A stretch of 64,000 nt of DNA from contig NZ_DATCTC010000015.1 of the NCBI RefSeq assembly GCF_036568145.1, forward strand, positions 4,077 to 68,076, written 5' to 3'. Within the stretch, counting starts at the first letter, position 1; each line of letters starts with the position of its first letter. The notes under the pieces were generated by a model. It was not told the origin of the DNA and searched no databases. It saw nothing but the letters and a program-made list of their open reading frames with translations. The position numbers and the translations under genes are program-made. This document shows positions 7,531 through 17,265 of this stretch, one piece after another. This DNA is from Parasphingorhabdus sp. (GTDB lineage Bacteria > Pseudomonadota > Alphaproteobacteria > Sphingomonadales > Sphingomonadaceae).

Positions 7531-10205
7531 AGCGCAGATTCCTATTATGCACTGCCGCGCCATTGGCATTATGGTCCGGCAGCGCAATTTTTTCACACGG
7601 AGCCGCCGCGCAGGTAACGATTCCGTTGCCGAGCGCACCCGGCTCCGCTCCCCAGACTGGCACACCCGCGACTATCCCCCTTCCACAGCCCGATACAGGA
7701 CCTGAGACGCCGTCTGATTCGGGGCCTGAACCAACACCCGCACCACCGGCTCAGGAACCGATAGCCCCGCAATATCCGATTGGCCCCCACGGTCGTCCGG
7801 ACATAAACCCTTATGACCGCGACATTGACATGACGGTGCCGCTGACGTTCCAGAGCAGCAGCCTTGGCGAAGTGCCATTGCGGTTGACCGCAGATGACCG
7901 GTTCCTGATCGAATCGGAAACATTTCTCCGGCTGATGAAGTCTGTGCTGAACGATCCCGCGCATGTCGAATTAAGCACGAAATTGGCGAATCTGTCCGAA
8001 TTCGGGCAGGAGGATCTGGAAGAAACCGGCGTCGCGCTGACCTATGATCCCAGCACCTTGGCGGTTGTCGTGGTCGAGGTTGCACCGGAACAACGCGCCA
8101 TCCGGGATTTATTTGCCCCGCCGCGCGATGATATCAGCGACGTCTCTTTGCAGCCTGCCACCTTGTCCGGTTATCTGAATATCAGCGCGTCTGGTGTGTA
8201 TATCTGGGAAAGTGATGAAAGCATGGACCCGCCGACGATCAACTTTGACGGAGCCGTGCGCCTTGGCCCCGTGGTGTTCGAGGGTGATGCCCAGATTGGC
8301 CAGCAATTCAGCCTTAGCGGCGATTCATACAAGCTGACCCGCAACTATGCGCGGCTGGTTTATGATGAGCCAGAGGATTACCGCCGCTGGTTTTTAGGTG
8401 ATCTGGATCCCGAAATCCGCGGACAGCAAGCCTTTGTCTCGATGGGCGGCGTCGGTGTCCTGCGCCAGAGGCGGCGGTTTAACGCCTTCCGTTCCGCAGT
8501 ATTGCAGTCCAATCGTCAGCTCATTCTCCAGCGCGATTCAACCGTGCGCTTTTTGCGTAACGGCTCGCTTTACCGGGAAATCCGGCTGCAACCGGGACGT
8601 TATGATTTTAGCTCGCTGCCGCTGATTGCAGGCAGCAATGATATCGACATCCAGGTAATCGATAATACCGGGGCCGTGCAGGATCTGTCCTATTCGCAAT
8701 ATCTCGATCCGATTGATCTCGACCCCGGCGATCATGAATATGGCGCGTTTTTCGGCCCGACGAGCAAGCGTTTCGGACGCGCGCCGGATTATCGCGGGCC
8801 GATTGCGTTTAGCGGCTTTTTCCGCAAGGCCTTTCTCGACGCTCCCGCCATCGGTGTTGGTCTTCAGGCCAGCAAGGATGTGCAGATGCTCACCGGTCAG
8901 ACCCAATTTGTATTGGGTAATGGTGGACGGGTGCTATTCGATGGCGGTGTCAGCCATTCCAAAATCGCCGGTGAAGGATTTGCAGGCGGCGTCAGCTACG
9001 AACATTATATCGACCGCGGCGGCCTGGCCGACAGTTTCACGATCCGGGCCGATTATGTGTCGGGTGATTTTTCGTCCCTGAACAATCTGGAAGGGGTCAA
9101 CACGACATCCTTGACGGCTTCTGTCCAATATACCCGTCAGTTCAATCTGAAATTCCTGACCACTTCGACAGCAACCTACCTTAAAGGTCGCGGCAATGTG
9201 GGGGACAGCTATCGCCTTGGCACTACGGGCTATTACCGACTGAACCGCGAATGGACGTTCAGGGCGGGTGTCGATTACGCGAAATATCCGTCATCCCTTA
9301 CACGGGGAAGCGGTTTCAGCGTATCTGCCGGGTTAGTGTACCAGCCGGATTACCGCCGCAGGGCCGAAGCACGTTATGAAAGCCGCGATAATATCAAGGA
9401 ACTGTCCTATAACCAGAGCGGCCTGAACCAGCTTAACAGCGTCGGTTTCGGGGCCGTTGTCGCTCATGAAGACAATAATTCGCGCGCGCAGGGCTATGCT
9501 TCTTATTCCGCCAACCGTTTTGACGCGTCGGTAAGCCATGCCAGCTTCGGGCCAAGCATTTCTGACTTTGGTCAGGTCAATGCGACTTCGGTGCGGGTTG
9601 GCACGACATTGGCTTTCGCAGACGGAATGTTCGGTATCGGGCGGCGGATTAACGACAGCTTCATGCTGCTTTCCGCGCACGAAAATCTGGGCGACCGCAG
9701 CGTGGTTGCGGGGCAATCGCTGGCCGAGAATAATTATATCAGTAAAAGCGGCGCTCTGGGATCGGCGGTTAACAACTTCCTCGGTTCCTACTCGACCCAG
9801 TCGGTCCAATATGATGTGGAAGACCCGCCATCGGGTTATGATACCGGTCCCGGCGTATTTCGTGTATATCCACCCTATAAGAGCGGTTACGCGGCGCGTA
9901 TTGGCACGGATGCCTTTGTCAGCGCGATGGGCACGCTGGTGCTTGGCCCGGACAAGCCTGTTTCGCTTATCGGCGGGCGCGTGAACCTGCTGGATGTGGA
10001 AGAAGGGGAGAACCCGCAACCGGTTCCGTTCTTCACCAATTCGGTCGGGCGTTTCGCGATTGCGAACCTGTTGCCGGGCCGACGTTATCAGGTGGAAACA
10101 TATGGGCCAAATGGCACGATTGACAAAAGTTTTGAATTCACTGTTCCGGCCGACACGGATGGTCTTGTAAAACTCGGTACCGTCCGGCCAGGCATGAAAA
10201 AATAG
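7527..10205 (+). CDS. Outer-membrane pilus usher
   Basis: 892-aa ORF whose ATG overlaps the chaperone stop (ATGA). It has a signal peptide, a Pro-rich linker, then a long beta-rich body rich in aromatic-x-aromatic pairs. Its position and size match an usher. The family call is by context and composition. Confidence 0.7.
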   Translation: MKRRFLLCTAAPLALWSGSAIFSHGAAAQVTIPLPSAPGSAPQTGTPATIPLPQPDTGPETPSDSGPEPTPAPPAQEPIAPQYPIGPHGRPDINPYDRDIDMTVPLTFQSSSLGEVPLRLTADDRFLIESETFLRLMKSVLNDPAHVELSTKLANLSEFGQEDLEETGVALTYDPSTLAVVVVEVAPEQRAIRDLFAPPRDDISDVSLQPATLSGYLNISASGVYIWESDESMDPPTINFDGAVRLGPVVFEGDAQIGQQFSLSGDSYKLTRNYARLVYDEPEDYRRWFLGDLDPEIRGQQAFVSMGGVGVLRQRRRFNAFRSAVLQSNRQLILQRDSTVRFLRNGSLYREIRLQPGRYDFSSLPLIAGSNDIDIQVIDNTGAVQDLSYSQYLDPIDLDPGDHEYGAFFGPTSKRFGRAPDYRGPIAFSGFFRKAFLDAPAIGVGLQASKDVQMLTGQTQFVLGNGGRVLFDGGVSHSKIAGEGFAGGVSYEHYIDRGGLADSFTIRADYVSGDFSSLNNLEGVNTTSLTASVQYTRQFNLKFLTTSTATYLKGRGNVGDSYRLGTTGYYRLNREWTFRAGVDYAKYPSSLTRGSGFSVSAGLVYQPDYRRRAEARYESRDNIKELSYNQSGLNQLNSVGFGAVVAHEDNNSRAQGYASYSANRFDASVSHASFGPSISDFGQVNATSVRVGTTLAFADGMFGIGRRINDSFMLLSAHENLGDRSVVAGQSLAENNYISKSGALGSAVNNFLGSYSTQSVQYDVEDPPSGYDTGPGVFRVYPPYKSGYAARIGTDAFVSAMGTLVLGPDKPVSLIGGRVNLLDVEEGENPQPVPFFTNSVGRFAIANLLPGRRYQVETYGPNGTIDKSFEFTVPADTDGLVKLGTVRPGMKK

Positions 10206-10214
10206 GAGACACCA

Positions 10215-11138
10215 ATGCTGCGCCCATTTTTGACTTTCCTTGCAGCTTCTGTGGCTGCGCCGGTTATGGCGCAGGGGCCTGCCATTCCCAACGGGCAGTC
10301 CACCGACTGTCTGCTTCGCGTTAATCCGACTCCGTCAAGCTGGATCATAAAGGGGCATGACCCGTTTTCCGGCACCATTCCGGAAGGGACATTTGGCGTG
10401 ACCTTCATCAATGAAGGCGGGGCAGAGTGCCGCTTCACACCCAGATTTGAACTTAACCCGCCGCCGTTCGGACTGTCGAAAGGCACAGGACGCCCGGTTG
10501 CATATTCGCTTGTGAACCTGACTGACACGCGGGATGTGACGCCCCGTGCAGGGCGATCCGTTGCCTTTGCATCACAGAGCGAAATGGAACTCAAGCCGCG
10601 CGAATCGCGTTCGATATTATATAAGCTTGTCGCGGACCCTGCCCATATAAGCGGTTCCGGTACCTTCACGCAGGATGTGACGCTGGAGGCGCAGGACAAG
10701 CAGTTTCGCTCCCTCGGCGGCGCGCCTTTGGTTTTGGGCTTGAATGTATTGCCGTCTGCGCGGATCGGTCTTTCGGGCACCTATACGATGAACGACGGAC
10801 AGGCGTTCGTTAATCTGGGGGAATTGAAAGAAGGCGTTGCGCCTTTGCTCCTCAACCTGCTGGTCAGCAGCACGGGCGACTATGATATTCTGGTCAGCTC
10901 GGCCAATTCCGGCCAGCTTCGCTTGGGGTCGAGCCAGTGGTCCGTGCCCTATTCGATTGCCATTGGCGGCACAGGGGTCAATCTGGCTGGCCCACGCACT
11001 GTTTCAGGGACTTCCAAATCGAGAAGGCCGGGCCTTATCCGCGATGCGTTACCCATAGATTTTATCATCGGTGATGTGTCGAAAAAGCGTGCCGGCGTTT
11101 ATAGTGACGTGATATCGGTTACGGTAACCGCGCGCTAA
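10215..11138 (+). CDS. Secreted two-domain pilus subunit, possible tip adhesin (CsuE-like position)
   Basis: 307-aa ORF with an AGGAGA RBS and a signal peptide ending VMA|QG. The C-terminal half ends KRAGVYSDVISVTVTAR, the same motif as the pilins. It is the gene immediately after the usher. Confidence 0.55.
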   Translation: MLRPFLTFLAASVAAPVMAQGPAIPNGQSTDCLLRVNPTPSSWIIKGHDPFSGTIPEGTFGVTFINEGGAECRFTPRFELNPPPFGLSKGTGRPVAYSLVNLTDTRDVTPRAGRSVAFASQSEMELKPRESRSILYKLVADPAHISGSGTFTQDVTLEAQDKQFRSLGGAPLVLGLNVLPSARIGLSGTYTMNDGQAFVNLGELKEGVAPLLLNLLVSSTGDYDILVSSANSGQLRLGSSQWSVPYSIAIGGTGVNLAGPRTVSGTSKSRRPGLIRDALPIDFIIGDVSKKRAGVYSDVISVTVTAR

Positions 11139-11365
11139 GCTGCTCTGGTACTTAATCTGCTTTCCCGTCAGGTCTGAGCCGGTCTAGGGACGACTCCGGT
11201 CGATAGGCGTGGGGGCTCGCCAATAACGCTCTTTTCCCCGTTCCCATGCCGCTGCGCCCCGAAGTAGCGCTTAATAGTTAGCGCGTCGTTAACTTTAGCC
11301 GTTGACGATAGTTTCAATGCATTCTGCCAAATTGCTCTCATCAGAAATGAATTGAGGGCACTGAA

Positions 11366-11779
11366 ATGGCGAAGAAACTGATTAGCGCGGTGGTGGTAGT
11401 AGCGGCAGCTACGATGGCGACCAGTGCAGTTGCAACAAGCTCCATGAGTTTTAACCTGCGGGCTCACGTTCCCGTCACTTGCGGGGTTCAGCATAACCCG
11501 GCCGGCACTGGATTTGCCGGAAACACCGTCAATCTGGGCCAGCTGCGCGAATATTGCAATGCGCCGAACGGATATCAGCTTGAGGTCCGCTACAGCCCCA
11601 ACAGTTTGCGCGGCGTAAGGTTGAACTTCGGCAATGAAAGCGTGATGCTTGATGGTTCCGGCTTTGCCACAATTCCGGGGGCAGTTGGTCCCAAGATCCA
11701 GACCCGTCCGCTTTCGGCGCAACTGGGTGATGGCGGTTTTGACGCACAGGAACTTCAGGTCGCAGCCATAGCGAACTGA
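11366..11779 (+). CDS. Small secreted pilin-like protein
   Basis: 137-aa ORF with a GAGGG RBS, a signal peptide, and two Cys in pilin-like contexts (PVTCGV, EYCNAP). It lacks the AG.Y..V..TV C-terminal motif and is separated from the cluster by 227 bp. Confidence 0.45.
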   Translation: MAKKLISAVVVVAAATMATSAVATSSMSFNLRAHVPVTCGVQHNPAGTGFAGNTVNLGQLREYCNAPNGYQLEVRYSPNSLRGVRLNFGNESVMLDGSGFATIPGAVGPKIQTRPLSAQLGDGGFDAQELQVAAIAN

Positions 11780-11818
11780 GTGAAACTGAAGAATATTACA
11801 GAAACATCACTCTAAAGC

Positions 11819-11905
11819 TGGTGCGGACGGCGGGACTCGAACCCGCACACCCGTTTCGGATAGCAGATTTTAAGTCTGCTGCGTCTACCATTTCGCCACG
11901 TCCGC
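11819..11905 (-). tRNA. tRNA-Leu (anticodon UAA), type II with a long variable arm
   Basis: The reverse complement folds as a cloverleaf. The acceptor stem is GCGGACG/CGTCCGC with discriminator A and encoded CCA. The anticodon stem is GCAGA/TCTGC with loop CTTAAAA, and the T arm is GCGGG-TTCGAGT-CCCGC. Confidence 0.95.
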
Positions 11906-12058
11906 ACCGGCATATTCAGCTCTGGGCTGAATGGACTTTCGACAAGCATTATTGCACGCAGCAGGTCAAGTGCTGAGATGCCGAAATTGAATTTTTTCGA
12001 TTCTTTTGCCGGTATTTGACCGCTTTAGTCGCCATCCGGCCCGATATAGCCCTTGTAT

Positions 12059-12340
12059 CTAACCCTTGTTGAGGCGTTCCCGGATTTCTTTTCCGGGTTT
12101 GAAATAGGGCACGCGCTTGGCCGGAACCTCTACTGATTCCCCTGTGCGCGGGTTGCGGCCGATACGTGGCTGGCGCTGACGGGTGGAAAAAGCACCAAAG
12201 CCGCGCAGCTCTACCCGACCGCCTTCTGCCAGTTTCTGGGTGATCTGGTTAAAGAACAGATCAACAATTTTCTCAATTTCATCTGGCTTTAAATCAGGGT
12301 TTTCTTCGGCCAGTTTCTCAAGCAGTTCAGAACGTATCAT
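12059..12340 (-). CDS. ihfB: Integration host factor subunit beta
   Basis: [46 protein letters not shown] is the HU/IHF fold with the IHF-beta signature. The start is at ATG 12340 (AGGAAAGG RBS); the longer track ORF start at 12373 is unlikely. Confidence 0.9.
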   Translation of the reverse strand: MIRSELLEKLAEENPDLKPDEIEKIVDLFFNQITQKLAEGGRVELRGFGAFSTRQRQPRIGRNPRTGESVEVPAKRVPYFKPGKEIRERLNKG

Positions 12341-12587
12341 GAGCGTGCCTTTCCTATTGTGGAGCAACCACATAATTCAAGCTTTTCACTTCCCGTTCAC
12401 AACTTCAGAACAGAAGAGCACAATATAGGGATACTGACAGAAAACCTTCATGTTTTCAATGGTCTTTGGATGACTGATTGCAATTCGCCCCGCATTGGGA
12501 CGTATTGATCTTATTCCGGTGCATATTCCCGTATAGATTTCCGTGCCCGTATGTCTCCACTGGGGTCGCATATGCGCCGGACCAACG

Positions 12588-12626
12588 AAAAAGCCCGCCC
12601 CCCTTTGCGAAGGAGGCGGGCTTTTT
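12588..12626 (-). terminator. Intrinsic terminator after rpsA (hairpin flanked by A/T runs on both sides)
   Basis: AAAAAGCCCGCC-loop-GGCGGGCTTTTT lies 34 nt downstream of the rpsA stop. The minus strand has a U-run after the stem. Confidence 0.8.
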
Positions 12627-12659
12627 CTTGTAACTTTACCGGGCCGATGCCCGCTAAGT

Positions 12660-14363
12660 TCAGTCGTCTTTTTTCTTGAGCGCTTCGCCCAGAATATCGC
12701 CGAGGCTTGCACCGGAATCGGTGGAACCGAATTGTTCGACAGCCTGTTTCTCTTCGGCCAACTGGTGGGCTTTGATCGAGAAGTTCGGCTTTTTGGAACG
12801 GTCGAAACCGATAACCATTGCGTCGACTTTCTGGCCAACCTGGAAACGGTCAGGACGCTGTTCGTCACGGTCACGGCCAAGGTCGGAGCGTTTGATGAAG
12901 CCGGTGGCACCATCGTCGCCAACCTGTACTTCAAGGCCGCCATCACGGACTTCAAGCACGGTAACCGTGGTGACAGAACCCTTCTTGAGGCCGCCGGTAT
13001 CGGTACCGCCAACCGCAGGAGCACCCTTTTCAAGCTGCTTCATGCCAAGGGAAATGCGCTCTTTCTCAACATCAATGTCAAGGACGATTGCTTTAACCTG
13101 TTCGCCTTTATGGTGCAGGTTCAGCGCGTCTTCACCAGAAATGCCCCATGCGATGTCGGACATGTGAACCATGCCGTCAACGTCACCTTCGAGCCCGACA
13201 AACAGGCCGAATTCGGTAGCATTCTTGACTTCACCTTCGACAGTGCTGCCAACCGGATGGGCATCGGCAAAGTCGGTCCACGGGTTGGACTGAGCCTGTT
13301 TGAGGCCCAAGGAGATCCGGCGTTTTTCGGTATCGACTTCGAGGACGATGACATCGACTTCCTGCGAAGTGGAAACGATTTTGCCAGGGTGGACGTTTTT
13401 CTTGGTCCAGCTCATTTCGGAAACGTGGACAAGGCCTTCAATGCCGGGTTCCAGTTCCACAAACGCACCATATTCGGTGATGTTGGTGACAGAGCCGGTC
13501 AGTTTCGTGCCAACGGCATATTTCTCGGAAGCGGAATCCCATGGATCGCTTTCAAGCTGTTTCATGCCCAGGGAAATACGCTGTGTTTCCTTGTTGATCT
13601 TGATGATCTGGACTTTCAGCGTGTCGCCGATGTTAATCATCTCGTTGGGATGATTGACCCGTTTGTAGCTGAGATCGGTGACGTGGAGCAGGCCATCAAT
13701 GCCGCCCAGGTCAACAAACGCGCCGTAGTCGGTGATGTTTTTCACAACGCCTTCGATCACTTGGCCTTCAGCCAGCGATTCGATCAGGCCCGAACGCTGT
13801 TCTGCGCGGGTTTCTTCAAGGATGGCGCGGCGTGATACAACGATATTGCCACGCTTGCGGTCCATTTTCAGGATCTGGAAAGGCTGTGAAATGTCCATCA
13901 GCGGGGTCACGTCGCGCACGGGGCGGACATCGACCTGGCTACCGGGAAGGAAAGCTACAGCGCCATCAAGATCGACAGTGAAGCCGCCTTTGACACGTCC
14001 GAAGATGATGCCGTCAACGCGGTTGCCTTCATCATATTCTGTTTCCAGCTTGTCCCATGAAGCTTCGCGGCGTGCGCGGTCGCGCGACAGCATGGCTTCA
14101 CCGTTCACATTTTCGATGCGGTCCACATAGACTTCGACTTCATCGCCAATGTTCAGATTTGCTTTTTGACCGGGAGCAGCAAATTCACGCAGCGCTACAC
14201 GGCCTTCAGATTTCAGTCCAACATCAATGACAGCCATGTCATTTTCGATGCCGACAACGGTGCCTTTAACCACGCGGCCTTCAAAGCCCTGGTCTTCACC
14301 GCCAATTGATTCGTTTAGTAATGCCGCAAAATCATCGCGACTGGGAAATGCCGTAGAGGCCAT
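12660..14363 (-). CDS. rpsA: 30S ribosomal protein S1
   Basis: 567-aa ORF with six S1 OB-fold repeats (recurring G..V.G.V..I..YGAFV.L motifs). Confidence 0.97.
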   Translation of the reverse strand: MASTAFPSRDDFAALLNESIGGEDQGFEGRVVKGTVVGIENDMAVIDVGLKSEGRVALREFAAPGQKANLNIGDEVEVYVDRIENVNGEAMLSRDRARREASWDKLETEYDEGNRVDGIIFGRVKGGFTVDLDGAVAFLPGSQVDVRPVRDVTPLMDISQPFQILKMDRKRGNIVVSRRAILEETRAEQRSGLIESLAEGQVIEGVVKNITDYGAFVDLGGIDGLLHVTDLSYKRVNHPNEMINIGDTLKVQIIKINKETQRISLGMKQLESDPWDSASEKYAVGTKLTGSVTNITEYGAFVELEPGIEGLVHVSEMSWTKKNVHPGKIVSTSQEVDVIVLEVDTEKRRISLGLKQAQSNPWTDFADAHPVGSTVEGEVKNATEFGLFVGLEGDVDGMVHMSDIAWGISGEDALNLHHKGEQVKAIVLDIDVEKERISLGMKQLEKGAPAVGGTDTGGLKKGSVTTVTVLEVRDGGLEVQVGDDGATGFIKRSDLGRDRDEQRPDRFQVGQKVDAMVIGFDRSKKPNFSIKAHQLAEEKQAVEQFGSTDSGASLGDILGEALKKKDD

Positions 14364-14578
14364 ATAAGTTCCTTAATAGTCATTTTTTCGGGCCAAGCGG
14401 TTGGTTCCGCTGGTCTTGGACCAAAACATGATTGCCACCGAATGCAGCAGTCATATCCAGCAGAAAACCGCCATTTTGGCTATATGCGAAAGATTGAGCC
14501 GCAAACGAAAAAGCTGCGCCAAAGTCAGGGCGGCTATTTATCGCCCCGTCTTGCGCACCCCGTTATCTGCTATGCCGG

Positions 14579-15214
14579 TTATTTAAAACTCCGGCGGCTT
14601 ATCTTCTCATTCACCAAGGCAATTGCCTGTTGGATGGCGTCGCCTATAGTCAAATCGGTCGTATCAAGCAAGTCCGCATCTTTGGCCGGTTTCAGCGGTG
14701 CCGTCGCCCGGCTTCGATCCCGTTCGTCGCGTTTGCGGATGTCGGCCAGTATGACATCAAAATTAACAACCTCTCCGCGCCGCTCCATTTCCTTGAACCG
14801 GCGTAGTGCCCGCGCGTCGGCTGAGGCGGTTACGAACAGCTTTACGTCTGCATCAGGTGCAATCTCCGTTCCGATGTCGCGCCCGTCAAGCACGGCGCCC
14901 CCCGGTTGATAGGCGAAATCTACCTGGCGCTTGTGAAGTGCGGCGCGCACTTGCGGATGAACCGATACCCGGCTCGCCAGTCCGCCGACCGCTTCGCTGC
15001 GCAAAGCCGGATCGCCCAGCAAAGCGGTATCAAAATTACAGGCCGCCAGCGCATCGGCGGGATTATCCGCATCTGCGCCATTTTCCCTGACTGTCCAGCC
15101 GACGGCGCGGTAAAGCAGGCCGGTATCCAGAAAGGGTAAAGCGAAATGTTTCGCCAATTCCTTGGAAATAGTGCCTTTGCCAGAGGCGGTAGGGCCATCG
15201 ACGGCGATGATCAC
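14579..15214 (-). CDS. cmk: Cytidylate kinase
   Basis: MIIAVDGPTASGKGT P-loop and the LDTG.LYRAV motif. The start overlaps the aroA stop by 4 nt. Confidence 0.93.
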   Translation of the reverse strand: MIIAVDGPTASGKGTISKELAKHFALPFLDTGLLYRAVGWTVRENGADADNPADALAACNFDTALLGDPALRSEAVGGLASRVSVHPQVRAALHKRQVDFAYQPGGAVLDGRDIGTEIAPDADVKLFVTASADARALRRFKEMERRGEVVNFDVILADIRKRDERDRSRATAPLKPAKDADLLDTTDLTIGDAIQQAIALVNEKISRRSFK

Positions 15215-16599
15215 GGGGCTTTACCCTGCGATTCGCTTTGTAACGCAGCCAGCAGATCGGTAAATCCGGGGAAGCTGGTTTCTGTCGGGCTCATATCGTC
15301 CACGCGCACGCCGGTTTGCGTAACCAGCCCTGCAATCGCAAAGCTCATGGCGATGCGGTGATCCAGCGCGGTTTTGATCGCTCCGGCATCCGCTTTCGCC
15401 GCCAGCGGCTTTCCGCCGCTTCCGGTTATGACCAGTCCATCCGGATTCTCTATCACCTGGGTGCCCAGCATCATCAGCCCTTCGGCCATTTGCGACAGGC
15501 GGTCCGATTCCTTGACGCGCAGCTCAGACAGGCCGGTGGTAGTTGTCTGGCCTTCTGCCAGAGCGGCGGCGATGAACAGGATGGGGAATTCGTCGATCAT
15601 GCTCGGCGCAATATCGGCGGGAACATCTATGCCGGTCAGTTTGCTATGTTTTACATGGATATCCGCGACCGGCTCACCGCCAACCGTGCGCCGGTTTTCA
15701 AAGCGGATATCGCCGCCCATTTGCTGAAGCACAGTGAACAGACCGGCGCGGGTTGCGTTGATCCCGACATTTTCAACCACAATTTCCGATCCCGGAACCA
15801 GCAGAGCCGCGACCACCGGAAAAGCAGCGGAAGACGGATCGCCCGGCACGGTAATATTCTGCGGCTGCAATTCCGCTTCCCCGACGAGCGATATGACTCG
15901 GTTATTCTGTCCGTCCGTCTCGACCGATATATCCGCGCCAAAGCCTTTCAGCATGGTTTCGCTATGGTCGCGTGTGGGAACAGGTTCGATCACGCGGGTA
16001 ATGCCGGGCGTATTCAATCCGGCCAGCAGGATCGCCGACTTCACCTGTGCAGAGGCGACGGGCAGGCGGTATTCCATCGGTACAGCAGGGCAAAGGCCGC
16101 GCACCGTCAAGGGCAGGCATGCCTGGCCATTGGTGGTCATCCTTGCAGTAAAATCCGCCCCCATGGCAGAGAGCGGATCAATCACCCGGCCCATCGGGCG
16201 CTTGGAAAGGCTGGCATCGCCAAGGAAAGTCACGCTGATATCGTGGGAGGCAACCAAGCCCATCAACAAACGCACAGACGTGCCGCTATTGCCCAGATCA
16301 ATGGCCGTTTCCGGCTGCATCAAGCCGCCGACTCCAACCCCGTGAACGGTCCACAAGGCGTCGCCCTGTTCGATTCTGGCCCCCATGGCGCGCAGGGCCG
16401 CTGCGGTGGCCAGCACATCTTCCCCTTCTAGCAGGCCGCGAATCTCGCTTTTGCCGACGGCAAGGGCAGAGAGAATCAGCGCGCGGTGCGAAATGGATTT
16501 GTCGCCCGGCACGGTTATCCTGCCGGTTAACGGGCCTGTTGGAGAGAAGGTGGCTGTTTGTACGTCCACTGTTATCCTGTCTGTTGTTTTCTGGGTCAT
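15211..16599 (-). CDS. aroA: 3-phosphoshikimate 1-carboxyvinyltransferase (EPSP synthase)
   Basis: 462-aa ORF with PGDKSISHRAL, LGNSGTS.RLL and RVKESDR motifs. It is part of the conserved aroA-cmk-rpsA order. Confidence 0.95.
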   Translation of the reverse strand: MTQKTTDRITVDVQTATFSPTGPLTGRITVPGDKSISHRALILSALAVGKSEIRGLLEGEDVLATAAALRAMGARIEQGDALWTVHGVGVGGLMQPETAIDLGNSGTSVRLLMGLVASHDISVTFLGDASLSKRPMGRVIDPLSAMGADFTARMTTNGQACLPLTVRGLCPAVPMEYRLPVASAQVKSAILLAGLNTPGITRVIEPVPTRDHSETMLKGFGADISVETDGQNNRVISLVGEAELQPQNITVPGDPSSAAFPVVAALLVPGSEIVVENVGINATRAGLFTVLQQMGGDIRFENRRTVGGEPVADIHVKHSKLTGIDVPADIAPSMIDEFPILFIAAALAEGQTTTTGLSELRVKESDRLSQMAEGLMMLGTQVIENPDGLVITGSGGKPLAAKADAGAIKTALDHRIAMSFAIAGLVTQTGVRVDDMSPTETSFPGFTDLLAALQSESQGKAP

Positions 16600-16780
16600 T
16601 TACGGGTTTCTTATAGGGGCGCACATGGGTTAAATCATGCATGATTCGTTTCGGGATGTGAAACGGCTTTTGACAGCGCGGCTCAGCTATGGCAAGGCGC
16701 GGCCCCATTGTTTGATCGATTCTGCAAATCTTGTGAACGGTCATTATATATTACTGACAAATAAGGATTTGGAACCAGCC

Positions 16781-17107
16781 ATGGTGAAGCCAGAATGGGG
16801 CACAAAGAGAACCTGCCCAAAATGCGGAACACGTTTTTACGATTTGGGCAAAGAAGACCCGGCGACCTGCATTGAATGCGGCGAAACATGGGTGCCGGAA
16901 CCCGGCCTGAAATCCAAGCAGCCCATGCCATTCGAAGATTCTGTGAAGAAAGATTCGAAAAAAGAAGACGAAGTTGCCGATGATGATCTGGATATCGACA
17001 TTGATGACGATGATCCGTCACCGGATAACGAAGTCGATCTGGGCGGTGATGACGATTTGGGAGTCACCAAAGGCAAGGGCGACGACGACGATAATGCCGA
17101 AACATAA
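16781..17107 (+). CDS. TIGR02300-family zinc-ribbon protein with a poly-acidic tail
   Basis: MVKPEWGTKRTCPKCGTRFYDLGK..CIECGE has CxxC..CxxC and the FYDL motif, followed by a 60-aa Asp-rich tail. The start was chosen at ATG 16781; the track ORF begins at 16637. Confidence 0.75.
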   Translation: MVKPEWGTKRTCPKCGTRFYDLGKEDPATCIECGETWVPEPGLKSKQPMPFEDSVKKDSKKEDEVADDDLDIDIDDDDPSPDNEVDLGGDDDLGVTKGKGDDDDNAET

Positions 17108-17188
17108 TCGGTAAATGTAATTTTGATGCAGCAAGCATCAATTGATGCTTGCAAAATGCGGTGCGCTTGGATTAAACGCGCCGCATAA

Positions 17189-17264
17189 GGGGCCTTAGCT
17201 CAGCTGGGAGAGCGCTTCGCTGGCAGCGAAGAGGTCAGCGGTTCGATCCCGCTAGGCTCCACCA
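17189..17264 (+). tRNA. tRNA-Ala (anticodon GGC)
   Basis: GGGGCCTTAGCTCAGCTGGGAGAGCGCTTCGCTGGCAGCGAAGAGGTCAGCGGTTCGATCCCGCTAGGCTCCACCA. It has the G3-U70 Ala identity pair, anticodon loop CTGGCAG, and encoded CCA. Confidence 0.95.
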
Positions 17265-17265
17265 A

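Noticed and set aside
4735-11905. The pilus cluster as a genomic island integrated at the 3' end of tRNA-Leu, which faces the cluster.
   Set aside because: There is no integrase or other mobility gene. I could find no direct repeat of the tRNA 3' end at the far boundary (4735-5170), and no obvious compositional break by eye. Adjacency alone is insufficient.
12543-13835. Long ORFs antisense to well-supported genes. Examples are 430 aa opposite rpsA, 3949-4698 opposite carD, 19800-20771 opposite the helicase, 15316-16431 opposite aroA, 24784-25737 opposite NMO, 51901-52905 opposite M16 and 55531-56385 opposite tolB.
   Set aside because: The partner strand encodes proteins with unmistakable family motifs. 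The antisense ORFs have skewed composition rich in Arg, Ala and Gly or Phe, with no RBS and no recognisable domains. This is typical of open frames opposite GC-rich genes.
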